Part shown: piece after piece, positions 25,832 to 36,811 of the stretch
How positions within the stretch are numbered: the stretch's first letter is position 1
Layout: every line of letters starts with the position of its first letter
Origin: Patescibacteria group bacterium
GTDB taxonomy: Bacteria > Patescibacteriota > Kazan-3B-28 > UBA10110
Length of the DNA: 64,000 bases
NCBI GenBank assembly: GCA_041659905.1
Contig: JBAZXK010000002.1
Coordinates: forward strand, 30,723 to 94,722
Direction of reading: 5' to 3'
Made by a program: the position numbers and the translations under genes
The notes under the pieces: model-generated
What the model saw: the letters and a program-made list of their open reading frames with translations, nothing else
Told to the model about the DNA's origin: nothing
Databases searched by the model: none

Positions 25832-27181
25832 TTATTGGCGGAGTTTAGAGAAAATACTTGTCAGAGTCTGAGTAACTTTCTGATAAATTCTTTCAATATT
25901 ATCTGTAAATAACAGCGCCTCTTTAGGCTGGAATGGCAACTCGACTTTTCCACCTGTTGAAGGTACTGTCGGTTTAATTACAACTGGGGTAGTTGGTTTG
26001 GAGAAGATCTTTTGCCAAAAACTTTGTTTTTTAACTGTCAGCGTCCATTCAACTTGATTGTTTCCTTTCATCCAAGTTTTCCATTCTGCTACAGGACGAA
26101 AAGCTTCAGTATAGATTTTGGCTGTCCAGGGCGCTTGAATGGTAAATTCAAATCGGCCGATCTCTCCCGGTTTAACCACCCGGTTGACTAACACTGGTCG
26201 ATTATATTTCAGCCAAGACGAATGATAAAAACTGCTCCGGCGATCTCGCTTGGCGTCCGTGCCTAATCGAACCGGGTTTTCACCATCCTGATACCAGGTG
26301 GCCGTACCGGTATTTTTAAATTCTACCCAAAGTACTGCCGTTTCTTTATATTTCAACGTGAGCGCAGGAGATTGATTAACTAAATCAGCGATATATTCCT
26401 CATTCACCCCACCCGTGGTAGGTGGTGTGATTTGGGTTTTATCTGTGACAGTAATCAAATGTGAGTAGCAATCGGATTGAATAAGTGCGTTGTATGCACA
26501 CAACCGATAAGTTCCGACAGCTAATGTGTTAGGTAAAAGATTCAGTGTCATGAGATCTCGGGTGTGTGGTTTTTCAACTGGGAAAACAATTTGATTAAGC
26601 GTAACCCAAGCCTGATTTTCAAACCCCAATCCACGAATAACTAATTCGGTAGCAGATCCATAATAAAAACTCATCGGACTAACACTGTCGATCATCGGGT
26701 AAGTTGGCAGATAACCGCCAGGCGAGCTCGACCCCGCTGGAACAGCTGAGACAGTGAATACAGCGTCACTACTATCCGTAATAGCCGGAACCGTGACACT
26801 ACTAATCCGCACTGTGGCTGTGGTAGTAGCCGGCTCAGTAACTAGCCACGGATAATCTCCATCATTAGTTGTGGAAGCCGTCAAGGTTTCCCAAGCCCCT
26901 GCTACAGTTCTTTGTAGCTCAATTTTCACATTGGACACGCTCCCGGTGCTAGTCCAGATAATGTGTTGGGAAGAATCAACCTGCCAATTCTCGCCGCCAT
27001 TAGGATCTGCAACTGTCAGCGTGCCAGCATCCAAAATAACAAAGGACATATCAGTAGTATCACTAGCCGCATTGACCAGCCACATACTTAATGAAACAAA
27101 ACAAATCGCCAGGACGGCAATAAGTTCTTTTTCTAGGAGTTCCCAGATAAAAATTTTTATTTTTGATATTTGTTGGAGCAT
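25832..27181 (-). CDS. surface protein with Ig-like domains (PNGGE-type Ig, IPT-like, NBR1-like Ig)
   Basis: N-terminal TM/signal, PNGGENW, and LWVEFKNTGTATW...PGEIGRF domain shared with 51319-53301. Confidence 0.75.
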   Translation of the reverse strand: MLQQISKIKIFIWELLEKELIAVLAICFVSLSMWLVNAASDTTDMSFVILDAGTLTVADPNGGENWQVDSSQHIIWTSTGSVSNVKIELQRTVAGAWETLTASTTNDGDYPWLVTEPATTTATVRISSVTVPAITDSSDAVFTVSAVPAGSSSPGGYLPTYPMIDSVSPMSFYYGSATELVIRGLGFENQAWVTLNQIVFPVEKPHTRDLMTLNLLPNTLAVGTYRLCAYNALIQSDCYSHLITVTDKTQITPPTTGGVNEEYIADLVNQSPALTLKYKETAVLWVEFKNTGTATWYQDGENPVRLGTDAKRDRRSSFYHSSWLKYNRPVLVNRVVKPGEIGRFEFTIQAPWTAKIYTEAFRPVAEWKTWMKGNNQVEWTLTVKKQSFWQKIFSKPTTPVVIKPTVPSTGGKVELPFQPKEALLFTDNIERIYQKVTQTLTSIFSKLRQ

Positions 27182-27243
27182 TCCTGAGGATATTATGATA
27201 TTTATTTATTATATCATAAATATCTCTCTTCGTCAAGACAGAA

Positions 27244-27801
27244 TCATGAGACAAACTTTGAGGTTTTCAGATAAAACCGCCACGGTTTGCTGGCATAGTC
27301 TTTAGCGTAAGTTATTCCCCGACGCGCTGATTGTCCCATTTGTTCCGGTTTCACTATATAGCCATCATCTTCGACCCATAAACCACTAATTCGATTTAGT
27401 CTGTGACAATTAAACTCACTGCCAATATTTAATTCGCGACAAAGTCGACCTGGCCCGATAGGTTTTTGTAAGGTAGAGGATAACGGCTCGACTGAACGAA
27501 TCAGTACCGCTTCGGCTTCTCCTTTTCCCGCTGTAACTAAATTAAGACAATGGTACATGCCATAAATTAAATAAACGTAAATGCGTCCGGCTGGCCCAAA
27601 CATTACTTCTGTGCGCCGTGTCCGCCCTTTAGCCGCATGGCAAGCTAAATCTTGCACGCCGCAATAAGCTTCTACTTCGGTAATGCGATAGCGCTCTATT
27701 CCCTGGGGAAATTTCCTAACCAAAACTTTACCCACTAAATCCGGGGCGACTTGCAGAGCGGGGCGAGCAAACCATTTAGCATTAAGAATTTTCCTGTGCA
27801 T
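27244..27801 (-). CDS. DNA-3-methyladenine glycosylase (MPG/AAG type)
   Basis: ITEVEAY, YVYLIYGMYHCLN, AVLIR, GPGRLC and PWRF. Confidence 0.93.
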   Translation of the reverse strand: MHRKILNAKWFARPALQVAPDLVGKVLVRKFPQGIERYRITEVEAYCGVQDLACHAAKGRTRRTEVMFGPAGRIYVYLIYGMYHCLNLVTAGKGEAEAVLIRSVEPLSSTLQKPIGPGRLCRELNIGSEFNCHRLNRISGLWVEDDGYIVKPEQMGQSARRGITYAKDYASKPWRFYLKTSKFVS

Positions 27802-28765
27802 TTGTCCCCACGACTACCGGCTGAACTGGATTATCGCCATTAGTGATGGTCGCAAAAATCATTTTACCAGCCACGGTTTGAAAAACTCGCGTTACCATCG
27901 CCTTAACTTCTTTGCCAATGGAACGATAGCCATTCTCCACTACTACCATAGTACCATCGCCTAAATACCCGACGCCTTGGTTGCGATCTTTCCCTTCCTG
28001 TACCAATTTAATCGTCAGTTCTTCGCCGGGCAACACCACTGGCCGCAGTACATTGTTGAGTTCATTTACATTCAAAACTAAAATGTTTTGGATTTGCGCC
28101 ACTCGATTAAGATTATAATCCACCGTCATCAACCGAGCTCGGCGCTTTTTAGCTAAGCGCACAATTTTAGCGTCCACATCGAGCTCAGTAGGAAAATCAT
28201 CATCTATTACCGCCACTATAATACCTTTCTCTTTGCGCAATTCGCTTAAAATATCTAGACCCCGGCGGCCCCGGCTGCGTCTGAGCTCATCCGGAGAATC
28301 GGCAATGGATTGCAGTTCGTTCAACACAAACCGCGGAACCAAAAGGCGGCCGATCAAAAATCCGGTGCGCACGATTTCTAAAATACGTCCGTCCACGATC
28401 ACTGAAGTATCGACTAAAATATCTTCCGTGGCTGTCGGACTAACCACTTCCCGCTTGGCCACCGTAGCCAGCACCGAAAACAAGTGCGTTAAGAATCTTA
28501 TGATCGAGTTTCTTTGATTGTAAAAATAGGTTGTGACTACCGCTGCACTAAACACATTAATAATTAATGGCAGCCATTGCCCGAAGGGATCCCGGAGTCG
28601 CCCAAGCGGTAAAGACACTAAGGTGCCAATAGACAGGCCTAGAATTACTCCCACGATCACGATAGCAAAATCCGCCGATTTCATCTCAATCGACTTCCGG
28701 ACAAACACCAGATAAATGGCTACTAGCACTAAAACAACGCCCCCAAAAATTTGTCCTAACAACAT
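27782..28765 (-). CDS. PIN/TRAM domain membrane protein (YacL family)
   Basis: DTSVIVDGRI, RGRRGLDIL and QGVGYLGDGTMVVVE. Downstream of clpC, as in Firmicutes. Confidence 0.92.
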   Translation of the reverse strand: MLLGQIFGGVVLVLVAIYLVFVRKSIEMKSADFAIVIVGVILGLSIGTLVSLPLGRLRDPFGQWLPLIINVFSAAVVTTYFYNQRNSIIRFLTHLFSVLATVAKREVVSPTATEDILVDTSVIVDGRILEIVRTGFLIGRLLVPRFVLNELQSIADSPDELRRSRGRRGLDILSELRKEKGIIVAVIDDDFPTELDVDAKIVRLAKKRRARLMTVDYNLNRVAQIQNILVLNVNELNNVLRPVVLPGEELTIKLVQEGKDRNQGVGYLGDGTMVVVENGYRSIGKEVKAMVTRVFQTVAGKMIFATITNGDNPVQPVVVGTNAQENS

Positions 28766-28821
28766 GGTTTTATAAAAATAATTAAAGATAAATCCCTGGA
28801 TAAATTGTCTAAAGAACTAAA

Positions 28822-31311
28822 TTATTTAACGGCCTTGGCTCGGGCGCTGCTTAAGATTAGCTTGCCTGATTTAACATCAACTTTAACTTTAGCACCTTTT
28901 TTAAAGTTATCACTTAAAATGCCTTCTGCCAACTGATCTTCAATCATATTTTGAATAACTCGCCGCACTGGCCGCGCTCCACTATCCGGGTCAAAGCCCT
29001 GATCAGCAATAAACTGACGAGCAGCTGCAGTTACATCCAAAGTAATTTTCTGCGCAGCTAATCGTTGCATTAATTGATTTAATTGCAGGTCGACAATTCT
29101 TTGGATATCTTCTTTAGCGAGAGCATGGAATACTACAATTTTATCAACTCGGTTCAAAAACTCAGGCCGAAAAGTTTTTTTGAGATCTCCCATCACTTGT
29201 TCGCGTAAATTATCATAGTCTTCCGTGGATTGCTTATTCGCTTGTCCAAATCCGATCACCGCTTGGCGATTCATTAGGCCAGTCCCGACATTAGAGGTCA
29301 TGATTACTACTGTATTTTTAAAGGATACGCGGCGACCTTTAGCGTCCGAGAGAAATCCATCTTCTAATATTTGCAATAAAATATTCATGACATCGGGATG
29401 GGCTTTTTCTACTTCATCCAACAGCACTACAGCATAGGGCTTACGCCGAATGGCTTCTGTCAACCGGCCCCCTTCTTCGTAACCCACATATCCTGCCGGA
29501 GCCCCGATCAAACGAGCCACATTGTGCTTTTCCATAAACTCGCTCATATCAATGCGCACCAAAGCGCTTTTATCCTTAAAGATCTCTTCGGCTAAGGCTT
29601 TAGCTAACTCAGTTTTACCCACGCCAGTCGGACCCAAGAACATAAAAGAACCCATCGGTCGATCCGGATTGCCAATCTGCACCCGAGAGCGGCGGATAGC
29701 AGAAGCAACAGCTTCTACCGCCTCATTCTGCCCGACAATGCGTGATTTCAAGGCTCCTTCTAAATTAGTCAGGGTTTTGACTTCCTCACTGGCTAATTCT
29801 CCCACGGGGATATTGGTCCATAATGACACGACTTGGGCAATTTCATGGGGAGTTACTTTAGGCCAATGTGATCGATCTCCGCCGGCCGATTCTTTTTGGG
29901 CAGTAGAGATCTTTTTTTGTAATCTCAGTTCTTGGGCCCTCAGTTTAGCCGCTTTTTCGTAATCCTGTCCTTCCACCGATGCTTCTTTTTCTTTCATAAT
30001 ATTATCCAGCTGGACTCTTTCTGCTGTAGTGCCTACTTGCGCTAAGCCAGCCGAAATCCGCACTGCCGAAGCAGCTTCATCAATTAGATCAATCGCTTTA
30101 TCTGGCAAGAAGCGGTCATTAATATAACGCACCGAGAGCGACACTGCCGCCTCGATAGTTTCTACGGGAATAATCACTTTATGGTACGTTTCATATTTTT
30201 CTTTAATCCCCATCAAAATCCCGATGGTTTCTTGCGGGGTGGGTTCGCCGACTAAAATAGGCTGGAAACGGCGCTCCAAAGCAGCATCTTTTTCAATATG
30301 TTTCCGGTATTCTTCTAAAGTAGTCGCACCGATCATTTGCAGGTCGCCTCTGGCTAGGGCTGGTTTTAAAATATTAGCGGCATCTAGACTGCCTTCGGCA
30401 CTGCCCGCCCCTACCAGCGTGTGCAATTCATCTACAAATAGAATTACGTCTTTTGCCTTGCCCACTTCTTCTACGATTTGATTAATCCTTTCTTCAAATT
30501 CGCCGCGATATTTGGTTCCGGCTACCATCGCCGAAGGATTGAGTACCATAATTCTTTTACCGGCAATATTCTCCGGCGCTTCTTTATTAATAATTTTAAT
30601 TGCCAGTCCTTCAACAATGGCAGTCTTGCCAATACCCGGGTCACCGATCAGAACTGGATTATTTTTAGTCCGCCGGTTTAAAATTTGAATCACCCGTTGG
30701 ATTTCTTTATCTCGCCCCACGATCGGATCAACTTTGCCAGATTTAGCCATGCCGGTGAGATCGATGCTAAAAGTGTCTAGAATGGGCGTGCTGGACTTGC
30801 TAGCCCCTCCGCGAGCCCGTCCTACTCTCGGCTCGTCGCCCATGGCTGTCCCCATCATCCGGTCATCAGCACTAGCCTGGATGGCATCTGCCGCCAAACG
30901 AGAGACTTCGGCTGGATTAGTACCTAATTTTTGAATTACTTGAAAAGCCTCACTGCTGCTATCCTGCATCATGGCCAACAGCAGATGTTCCGTACCAATA
31001 TAGAAACTACCATACTGAGCCGCAATCAAAACCGCTGTTTCCACTAACCGCCGCGCTCCCGGGGTTAAACCGATTTTAGCTACTGCTTCTTCTTTGCGCG
31101 AGAGATTAACTATCATATCGGCTTTTTCCCAACTGACTCCGAGACTGCCTAAAACCTCAAAAGCAGTACCGCTCTTAATATTAAGCATGGCGAGTAGCAG
31201 ATGTTCGGTACCGAGATGAGCTGACCCTAAATCCCGCGCTACCTTTTGAGCGTTAGTGAGGACTTTCTTAGCATTGGTGGTGAATTTATCTAAATAGTTA
31301 TAACCATTCAT
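28822..31311 (-). CDS. clpC: ATP-dependent Clp protease ATP-binding subunit ClpC
   Basis: Clp-N repeats (GTEHLLL), [11 protein letters not shown]-like linker, GPTGVGKT and RIDMSE. Confidence 0.95.
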   Translation of the reverse strand: MNGYNYLDKFTTNAKKVLTNAQKVARDLGSAHLGTEHLLLAMLNIKSGTAFEVLGSLGVSWEKADMIVNLSRKEEAVAKIGLTPGARRLVETAVLIAAQYGSFYIGTEHLLLAMMQDSSSEAFQVIQKLGTNPAEVSRLAADAIQASADDRMMGTAMGDEPRVGRARGGASKSSTPILDTFSIDLTGMAKSGKVDPIVGRDKEIQRVIQILNRRTKNNPVLIGDPGIGKTAIVEGLAIKIINKEAPENIAGKRIMVLNPSAMVAGTKYRGEFEERINQIVEEVGKAKDVILFVDELHTLVGAGSAEGSLDAANILKPALARGDLQMIGATTLEEYRKHIEKDAALERRFQPILVGEPTPQETIGILMGIKEKYETYHKVIIPVETIEAAVSLSVRYINDRFLPDKAIDLIDEAASAVRISAGLAQVGTTAERVQLDNIMKEKEASVEGQDYEKAAKLRAQELRLQKKISTAQKESAGGDRSHWPKVTPHEIAQVVSLWTNIPVGELASEEVKTLTNLEGALKSRIVGQNEAVEAVASAIRRSRVQIGNPDRPMGSFMFLGPTGVGKTELAKALAEEIFKDKSALVRIDMSEFMEKHNVARLIGAPAGYVGYEEGGRLTEAIRRKPYAVVLLDEVEKAHPDVMNILLQILEDGFLSDAKGRRVSFKNTVVIMTSNVGTGLMNRQAVIGFGQANKQSTEDYDNLREQVMGDLKKTFRPEFLNRVDKIVVFHALAKEDIQRIVDLQLNQLMQRLAAQKITLDVTAAARQFIADQGFDPDSGARPVRRVIQNMIEDQLAEGILSDNFKKGAKVKVDVKSGKLILSSARAKAVK

Positions 31312-31339
31312 ATTCTATTTATACCACCGTTTGCGGAAA

Positions 31340-32524
31340 CTACGCGGCAGCTTCCCCGGACTCTGATTTATTTTCCTCAGTGGGAGCGGATTCTTCGGAA
31401 ACTTCGGGTACAGATTCAGGAATAGCGATATTTTCCGGCTCAGTTACCGCTTCATCGCCAGCCGGAGGTGTTTCGGTACCTCCAATCGGCGGCATCCCTT
31501 CTTTATCCACTTCGATCTGATAACCAGTCAAGCGGCTAGCTAACCTGACATTCTGACCAGCCTTGCCGATAGCTAAAGATAACTGGTCACTATCTACTTT
31601 GATCTTGGCCGCTTTGAGTGATTCGTTAATTTCTACTTCCCGCACTTTAGCCGGGGCCAGCGAATTGACAATAAAGGCTTTAGGATCAGCATCCCATAAG
31701 ACAATATCAATTTTTTCATCGCCGATTTCTGCCATCACCGCTTGTACCCGCACTCCCCGCCGACCGACTAACGAACCTACGGGATCGATAGATTCCTGGT
31801 GAGAAATCACCGCTACTTTAGACCTGACTCCCGCTTCCCGGGCGATAGCTTTCAACTCCACGGTGCCAGCGGTAATTTCGGGCACTTCCATTTCAAACAA
31901 TTTTTTAATCATATCAGGATGGGCTCGCGAGAGCACGACTTGGGGATCCTTTCCTCCCGTCTGAGCTTCTACCACATAAACCTTTAAACGCTGACCCACA
32001 TAATACCGATCGGAGCGCGATTGCTCGGAAGGAAATAAAATGCCGGAGGCTTTGCCGATATCGATCATCACCACGTCGCCTTCAATCCGCTGCACTGTGC
32101 CAGTAATCAACTGGCCTTCTTTGGATTTATATTCTTGGAAGATCACATCACGCTCAGCTTCCCGGAGACGTTGCAAAATAACTTGTTTAGCGGTTTGGGC
32201 AGCAACGCGACCATACTCGGCCGGTGGAAAAACTTCTTCCCGAATTTCGCCATCAATTTGCGCATCGGGATTAACCTTCTGGGCGTCTTCTAAAGAAATT
32301 TCCCGCATCGGTTCTTCAACTGTTTCGACAATTTTATGCACAATAAATAGCCGCACTTTTTCCGAAGTGGGGTCGATGGTAGCCGCAATCATTTGCTCCT
32401 TTTGCCCAAAATCTTTCCGGTAGGCGGCGGCGATTGCGGCGGCGACGGTATCTAAAATTACTTCCTTACTGATGCCTTTTTCTTCGGCGATTTGATTGAT
32501 CGCTGACAAAAATTGTGAATCCAT
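31340..32524 (-). CDS. nusA: transcription termination factor NusA
   Basis: GRVAAQTAKQVI, AREAGVRSKVAV and LSLAIGKAGQNVRLA. Confidence 0.97.
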   Translation of the reverse strand: MDSQFLSAINQIAEEKGISKEVILDTVAAAIAAAYRKDFGQKEQMIAATIDPTSEKVRLFIVHKIVETVEEPMREISLEDAQKVNPDAQIDGEIREEVFPPAEYGRVAAQTAKQVILQRLREAERDVIFQEYKSKEGQLITGTVQRIEGDVVMIDIGKASGILFPSEQSRSDRYYVGQRLKVYVVEAQTGGKDPQVVLSRAHPDMIKKLFEMEVPEITAGTVELKAIAREAGVRSKVAVISHQESIDPVGSLVGRRGVRVQAVMAEIGDEKIDIVLWDADPKAFIVNSLAPAKVREVEINESLKAAKIKVDSDQLSLAIGKAGQNVRLASRLTGYQIEVDKEGMPPIGGTETPPAGDEAVTEPENIAIPESVPEVSEESAPTEENKSESGEAAA

Positions 32525-32607
32525 AATACTCCTTAGGTTTTAAAAAAGTGGGCGCACCCACTTTCAGAATACTCCCAGTTTAAAACTAGGGACAAGAAAT
32601 GTCAAGA

Positions 32608-32961
32608 CTAGAAGGCATTAGGGATAAAATTAACCTGATAGCGTCGGCGCCAAGTCTGGTAGAGAACCTCAACTACCCCAAAAGCGACCGGCCCCCGGTA
32701 ATGCCCGGCAGATAGATAGTATAAGGCCAGTCGCCGTAATTTGTTTTGCTTGCGTAGTGTCACTGACTCAGCCGGCCAACCCCTCTTAATACTGGTACGG
32801 GTTTTCACTTCGATAAAATACAAAACTCCGCGATGAGTAGCAATAAGATCAATTTCACCTAAGTAACATTTGTAATTTTTAGCTAAAATCTGGAAATTAC
32901 TAGCCAGCAAAAACTTTTCGGCAACCGTTTCTCCAGCCTTACCTAAACTCAAATTTAGCAC
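32608..32961 (-). CDS. yraN: YraN family endonuclease-like protein
   Basis: LGKAGE, GEIDLIA and FIEVKTR. Confidence 0.9.
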   Translation of the reverse strand: MLNLSLGKAGETVAEKFLLASNFQILAKNYKCYLGEIDLIATHRGVLYFIEVKTRTSIKRGWPAESVTLRKQNKLRRLALYYLSAGHYRGPVAFGVVEVLYQTWRRRYQVNFIPNAF

Positions 32962-33602
32962 TTAATCTCTAAATTAGACCGCATAGAAATGGCTTCTTTA
33001 ATAGGACGGTAGCTTTTACGATGCCACTCGCAAATGCCGTGTTCTTTAATTTTCAATTGATGAATGGCAGTTCCGTAGCCTTTATTAATATGAAAATTAT
33101 ACGCAGGAACTGATTTGTGGATTTCTTTCATCATCCGATCCCGGGCTACTTTTGCCACAATCGAAGCTGCGGCAATCGAAACCGATTTGCGATCACCATC
33201 AATAATGCCTTGGGACGGCGCTTCCGCAAAACCCACCCTAAAACCATCCACTAAAACATACTGCGGCTGGACGGATAAATTCTCCACTGCTCGGCGCATA
33301 GCTAAATACGTTGCTCTCCCTACGCCCATCTCGTCTATTTCTGAGGTCTCGGCGATGCCGATACCAATATCTACCGCTAGTTGGTAAATTTTCTGTAACA
33401 AAATTTCTCGCTGCAATGGAGAGAGTAGTTTAGAATCATTAATGCCATAATAACGATTTAAAAACGGCAGCACTACGGCGGCGGCTACTACTGGGCCCGC
33501 CCACGCTCCTCGGCCCGCCTCATCAACTCCCGCAATCGCTAAAAACCCCTCCTGCTGGAGCGCTTTCTCGACTTTAAGATTGGGAATCCTGTTTTTCACC
33601 AA
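32955..33602 (-). CDS. rnhB: ribonuclease HII
   Basis: GVDEAGRG, DSKLL, SIAAASIVAKV, NKGYGT and HRKSY. Confidence 0.96.
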   Translation of the reverse strand: MVKNRIPNLKVEKALQQEGFLAIAGVDEAGRGAWAGPVVAAAVVLPFLNRYYGINDSKLLSPLQREILLQKIYQLAVDIGIGIAETSEIDEMGVGRATYLAMRRAVENLSVQPQYVLVDGFRVGFAEAPSQGIIDGDRKSVSIAAASIVAKVARDRMMKEIHKSVPAYNFHINKGYGTAIHQLKIKEHGICEWHRKSYRPIKEAISMRSNLEIKC

Positions 33603-34158
33603 CGCTTTCCTCCCCCTCTACTGTATCACCTTTTTCGGATACGGCTGGGGGTGTGTCGACTGGTTCGTTACTAACTTCTGTAGTATCCGCGACTGTTTCA
33701 GTTGGTTCAATTTCCTGTTCTTCTTTTTCTTTGGCGGCTTGCACGGCTTCTTCTAAGACTTCTTTGCTAAGTTCTTCTGGTTCATCGACTTTAGCCACTA
33801 ATTCCCAAATATCCTGATCGATTTTCTTTTCCTTCATCTTTAAAGATTTTCCAGACAACTTCCGCAGATAATACAATTTGGCCCGGTGGACTTCGGAACC
33901 TTTTTTGAATTCAATTTTCACAATATTAGGAGATTGCAGCGGATAGGTTCTTTCTACTCCTACGCCGTAAGTAATCTTGCGTACTGTAAAGCTGGCATTG
34001 GAGCCAGTTTTGCCATGAGTTTTGATCACAATACCTTCAAAAACCTGGACCCGCTCCTTGCCGCCTTCTTTAATCTTCTGGTGCACCCGAACAATATCTC
34101 CTGGATGGACCTCAGGCAAACCCTGGTTTTTGGTGGATGGTTTTAACATTCCTGTCAT
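33574..34158 (-). CDS. rplS: 50S ribosomal protein L19 with acidic C-terminal extension
   Basis: PGDIVRV, ERVQVFEG, GVGVERTYP and RAKLYYLR. Confidence 0.96.
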   Translation of the reverse strand: MTGMLKPSTKNQGLPEVHPGDIVRVHQKIKEGGKERVQVFEGIVIKTHGKTGSNASFTVRKITYGVGVERTYPLQSPNIVKIEFKKGSEVHRAKLYYLRKLSGKSLKMKEKKIDQDIWELVAKVDEPEELSKEVLEEAVQAAKEKEEQEIEPTETVADTTEVSNEPVDTPPAVSEKGDTVEGEESVGEKQDSQS

Positions 34159-34213
34159 AATAGATTATCTTAATCTCCCGCTATGGTAGCAGAAAACTTA
34201 TTTGGAAGCAAGT

Positions 34214-34247
34214 AAAAACAAGGGGGCGGCTGAGCCGCCCCGTTTTT
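34214..34247. terminator. GC-rich hairpin, possibly bidirectional terminator
   Basis: GGGGCGGC-TGA-GCCGCCCC flanked by A and T runs. Confidence 0.7.
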
Positions 34248-34287
34248 GTGTCAATCTTATTGATTCGCCCCTGGTGGCTTATGCCAC

Positions 34288-34725
34288 TCAGCCTGAAACC
34301 AACTTTTCAATACCAACTGCATAGTCTTCTTTCAGGTGCGCAACACCTGATACCTTTGCCTGTCCCCCGCCATTCCGCTTGGGAATATTACCAGGAAAAA
34401 AATCGATAACTACTCCCCAGTTATTCCCCACCAGAACAGCGTCTTCCTCAGGGCAGCCCTGCTGTTTAAGTATCTGGGCTATCTTCAGGTTAAGCTGCTG
34501 ATCGATCTTGCCTTGAATAGCAGGCAAATCATCTTTCTGTTTCACCCCTTCAACACAGATTCGGATTGGCATTCCTTGCTTAATACCAAACGTCGCATAT
34601 AACGCGTGGTTTAAAGCCTTCTCGCGATGATCGTTTCTGGCCAATTTTGTTTGTTCCTCCGTATAGATAGGTTGAGATTGAATGTACAGGCAGCTTGTTG
34701 CCGCCAAGTAAGACCAAGATAACAA
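34288..34725 (-). CDS. hypothetical protein (start uncertain)
   Basis: 145-aa ORF between two terminators, no recognised motif. Confidence 0.45.
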   Translation of the reverse strand: MLSWSYLAATSCLYIQSQPIYTEEQTKLARNDHREKALNHALYATFGIKQGMPIRICVEGVKQKDDLPAIQGKIDQQLNLKIAQILKQQGCPEEDAVLVGNNWGVVIDFFPGNIPKRNGGGQAKVSGVAHLKEDYAVGIEKLVSG

Positions 34726-34745
34726 ATAAAACTGTTCTAGTAAAG

Positions 34746-34777
34746 AAAAATCCGCCGGTTATTCATCGGCGGATTTT
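34746..34777 (-). terminator. intrinsic terminator
   Basis: AAAATCCGCCG...CGGCGGATTTT. Confidence 0.75.
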
Positions 34778-34846
34778 ATTTTATATCTGACTGGAATCCT
34801 TGCAGAACCAGTGTAAAATTTGGAAAAGATCAGTTAAACCGGCCTG

Positions 34847-36787
34847 TTAGTCAACGGTAGGGTTAATATCCAATTGATGGGCACCAGGACAAACTTCATC
34901 CCAGCGCGGATCTTCGCAATAAACCCCCTTCCACCCTATATCAACCGTAACGCTAAATAACTGGATACCTAAATCAGTTTCCACATATAAGGCAAAATTA
35001 TCAGCTTGATCCAGCGTAACAGCTCTGACCGGTACAGGATCAGGCGTGTTAATCATAAAATCCAATTTATCCCAGGAAAAAAGAGGAGCTTCCGCGTCAT
35101 TTTGAAATTCACAAGAGAAATTGGTTAATAGACTATTGGACACAAGATCAAATCGTGGAGTAAGAACGGTACCGCTACCAGCTACTATGCCATTGATCAT
35201 CCCTCGAGCCAAGAATATAGAGGTGCAGTTAGCCACAACTATATCCACAGGCGATAACTCCCGATCGCGCACTCGAGGGCTCACCACATACAGATCGGTT
35301 GTTCCATTAGCAGATCGGCTGACAAAATAAATTTTGCCCACCAAGCCTTGGGTGACCCAAAGCGGCGGACAAATTAAATCCACTCCTTTTATCACGCATT
35401 GTTCTGGCTGATCGGCAGATAACGACATAATACGCAACTCGTCACTGCTTTGATAGACTAACCAATCCCCATTCGGTGAAAAGTCGGCGTAATACCCGGA
35501 GGCGATGGCGGTAGCAACGGCATCGGTATCTTTAAGAAGATAGATACCGGATTCATTAGTTACCGTTTGGGTCCAAACTAAGTTAGATCCATCTGAACTA
35601 AATCGCGGGAAGGAACTAACTCCCTCCGTCGAAATAGTTGTCAGAGACTGCCAAGCTGCATCAGCCAAAATCAGTTGGCCGTTCAAAACATAGGCAAATC
35701 TTGCCTCAGCCAAAGGTTGAGCAGAAAAAATACTAATCTCAGGCAGAGATGGAATACTGGAATCTTCTGGAAATTCTGGTGCCAGATGCAACACCCGATC
35801 TAAATGTTCGAGAGTGGCTTGATCCAAATCCCTCGCTCCTTGGCCGGTTAGTAAATCGTAATGATTATAATCCGGCCAAATCCGATAGTACCTACCTGTT
35901 CCCCAGAGCGCAGAAGCCACAGGGACAACCCCATCGCTTTCGTGGCACCAATCTTCTTCGTAGCCACTGGGAAATTGGCAATCAGTTGTGTAATCCCAAA
36001 CGGAGTGCTGAATTAACAGAGCCGCCAGTTTAGCTGCTTCCCTTGTGGGTTGCTGATGATTCAACCGTGTACTGTAGCCCATAATTAGGTTAGCTGAAAT
36101 GTGCCGAGAATTAAGGGGGTCAATTCGGCCAGCAAACATAGCCAAGTCGCTTTTGGCCTCACAGTCCTCAAAATAAAGAGGTTGGAGAAATTCCGTGCTT
36201 AGCACTTCTGAGTCGAACACAGAAATCGCATATTCCTGTAGATCGTTGGGAACAACTTCTTGAATAGCGGCATTACGCACATCGGGATGCGCCAAGGGTG
36301 TGGAGAGTAAAGGCGCTCCCAAAAGAACACCTCCACTAATCAGCCCTTCGTAATTTTGATCCAGCAACCAAGCCACGACTCCGCCCTCGCTATAAGCGAC
36401 GACGGCAATCTGGCTACTAGAGAGTTCGGCATTAGCGCGAATGGCAGCTGCCAGGTCTGCAGCAATCTGATCAACTGGTTGCTGAGAATTATACTCATAC
36501 AACCAAAATTTGGCCAACTTTGATGTTCGACAGCCAAATTGTTCCTCGCCCAACAGGTCGAGGTTATCTAGCTTAAAAGAAAACAGCTCTTCCAAAGTGG
36601 CTTGATCCGGCACAATTCCCCGACGCCCGTGGATGAAAAGAATCACCTTCGGCGCCGAATGAGCTGGCTGACGCGACCAAAGATATAACCCCGGCACGCC
36701 AGATGTGGCAGAATTATTTCCGTCACAACCAAACAACAGTCCTAAACTTAGGCTGCAAATCCAAAACCAGCACCTCATATAGATCAC
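34847..36787 (-). CDS. putative lipoprotein: alpha/beta hydrolase domain plus TolB-like beta-propeller
   Basis: Lipobox LFGC, LFIHG, AYSEGG nucleophile elbow, SDGVVP..SA, NHYDL, and FSSDG/FSPNG repeats. SD AAGGAGGTGA. Confidence 0.75.
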   Translation of the reverse strand: MIYMRCWFWICSLSLGLLFGCDGNNSATSGVPGLYLWSRQPAHSAPKVILFIHGRRGIVPDQATLEELFSFKLDNLDLLGEEQFGCRTSKLAKFWLYEYNSQQPVDQIAADLAAAIRANAELSSSQIAVVAYSEGGVVAWLLDQNYEGLISGGVLLGAPLLSTPLAHPDVRNAAIQEVVPNDLQEYAISVFDSEVLSTEFLQPLYFEDCEAKSDLAMFAGRIDPLNSRHISANLIMGYSTRLNHQQPTREAAKLAALLIQHSVWDYTTDCQFPSGYEEDWCHESDGVVPVASALWGTGRYYRIWPDYNHYDLLTGQGARDLDQATLEHLDRVLHLAPEFPEDSSIPSLPEISIFSAQPLAEARFAYVLNGQLILADAAWQSLTTISTEGVSSFPRFSSDGSNLVWTQTVTNESGIYLLKDTDAVATAIASGYYADFSPNGDWLVYQSSDELRIMSLSADQPEQCVIKGVDLICPPLWVTQGLVGKIYFVSRSANGTTDLYVVSPRVRDRELSPVDIVVANCTSIFLARGMINGIVAGSGTVLTPRFDLVSNSLLTNFSCEFQNDAEAPLFSWDKLDFMINTPDPVPVRAVTLDQADNFALYVETDLGIQLFSVTVDIGWKGVYCEDPRWDEVCPGAHQLDINPTVD

Positions 36788-36811
36788 CTCCTTTCAGGTT
36801 ATCAAGGTACT

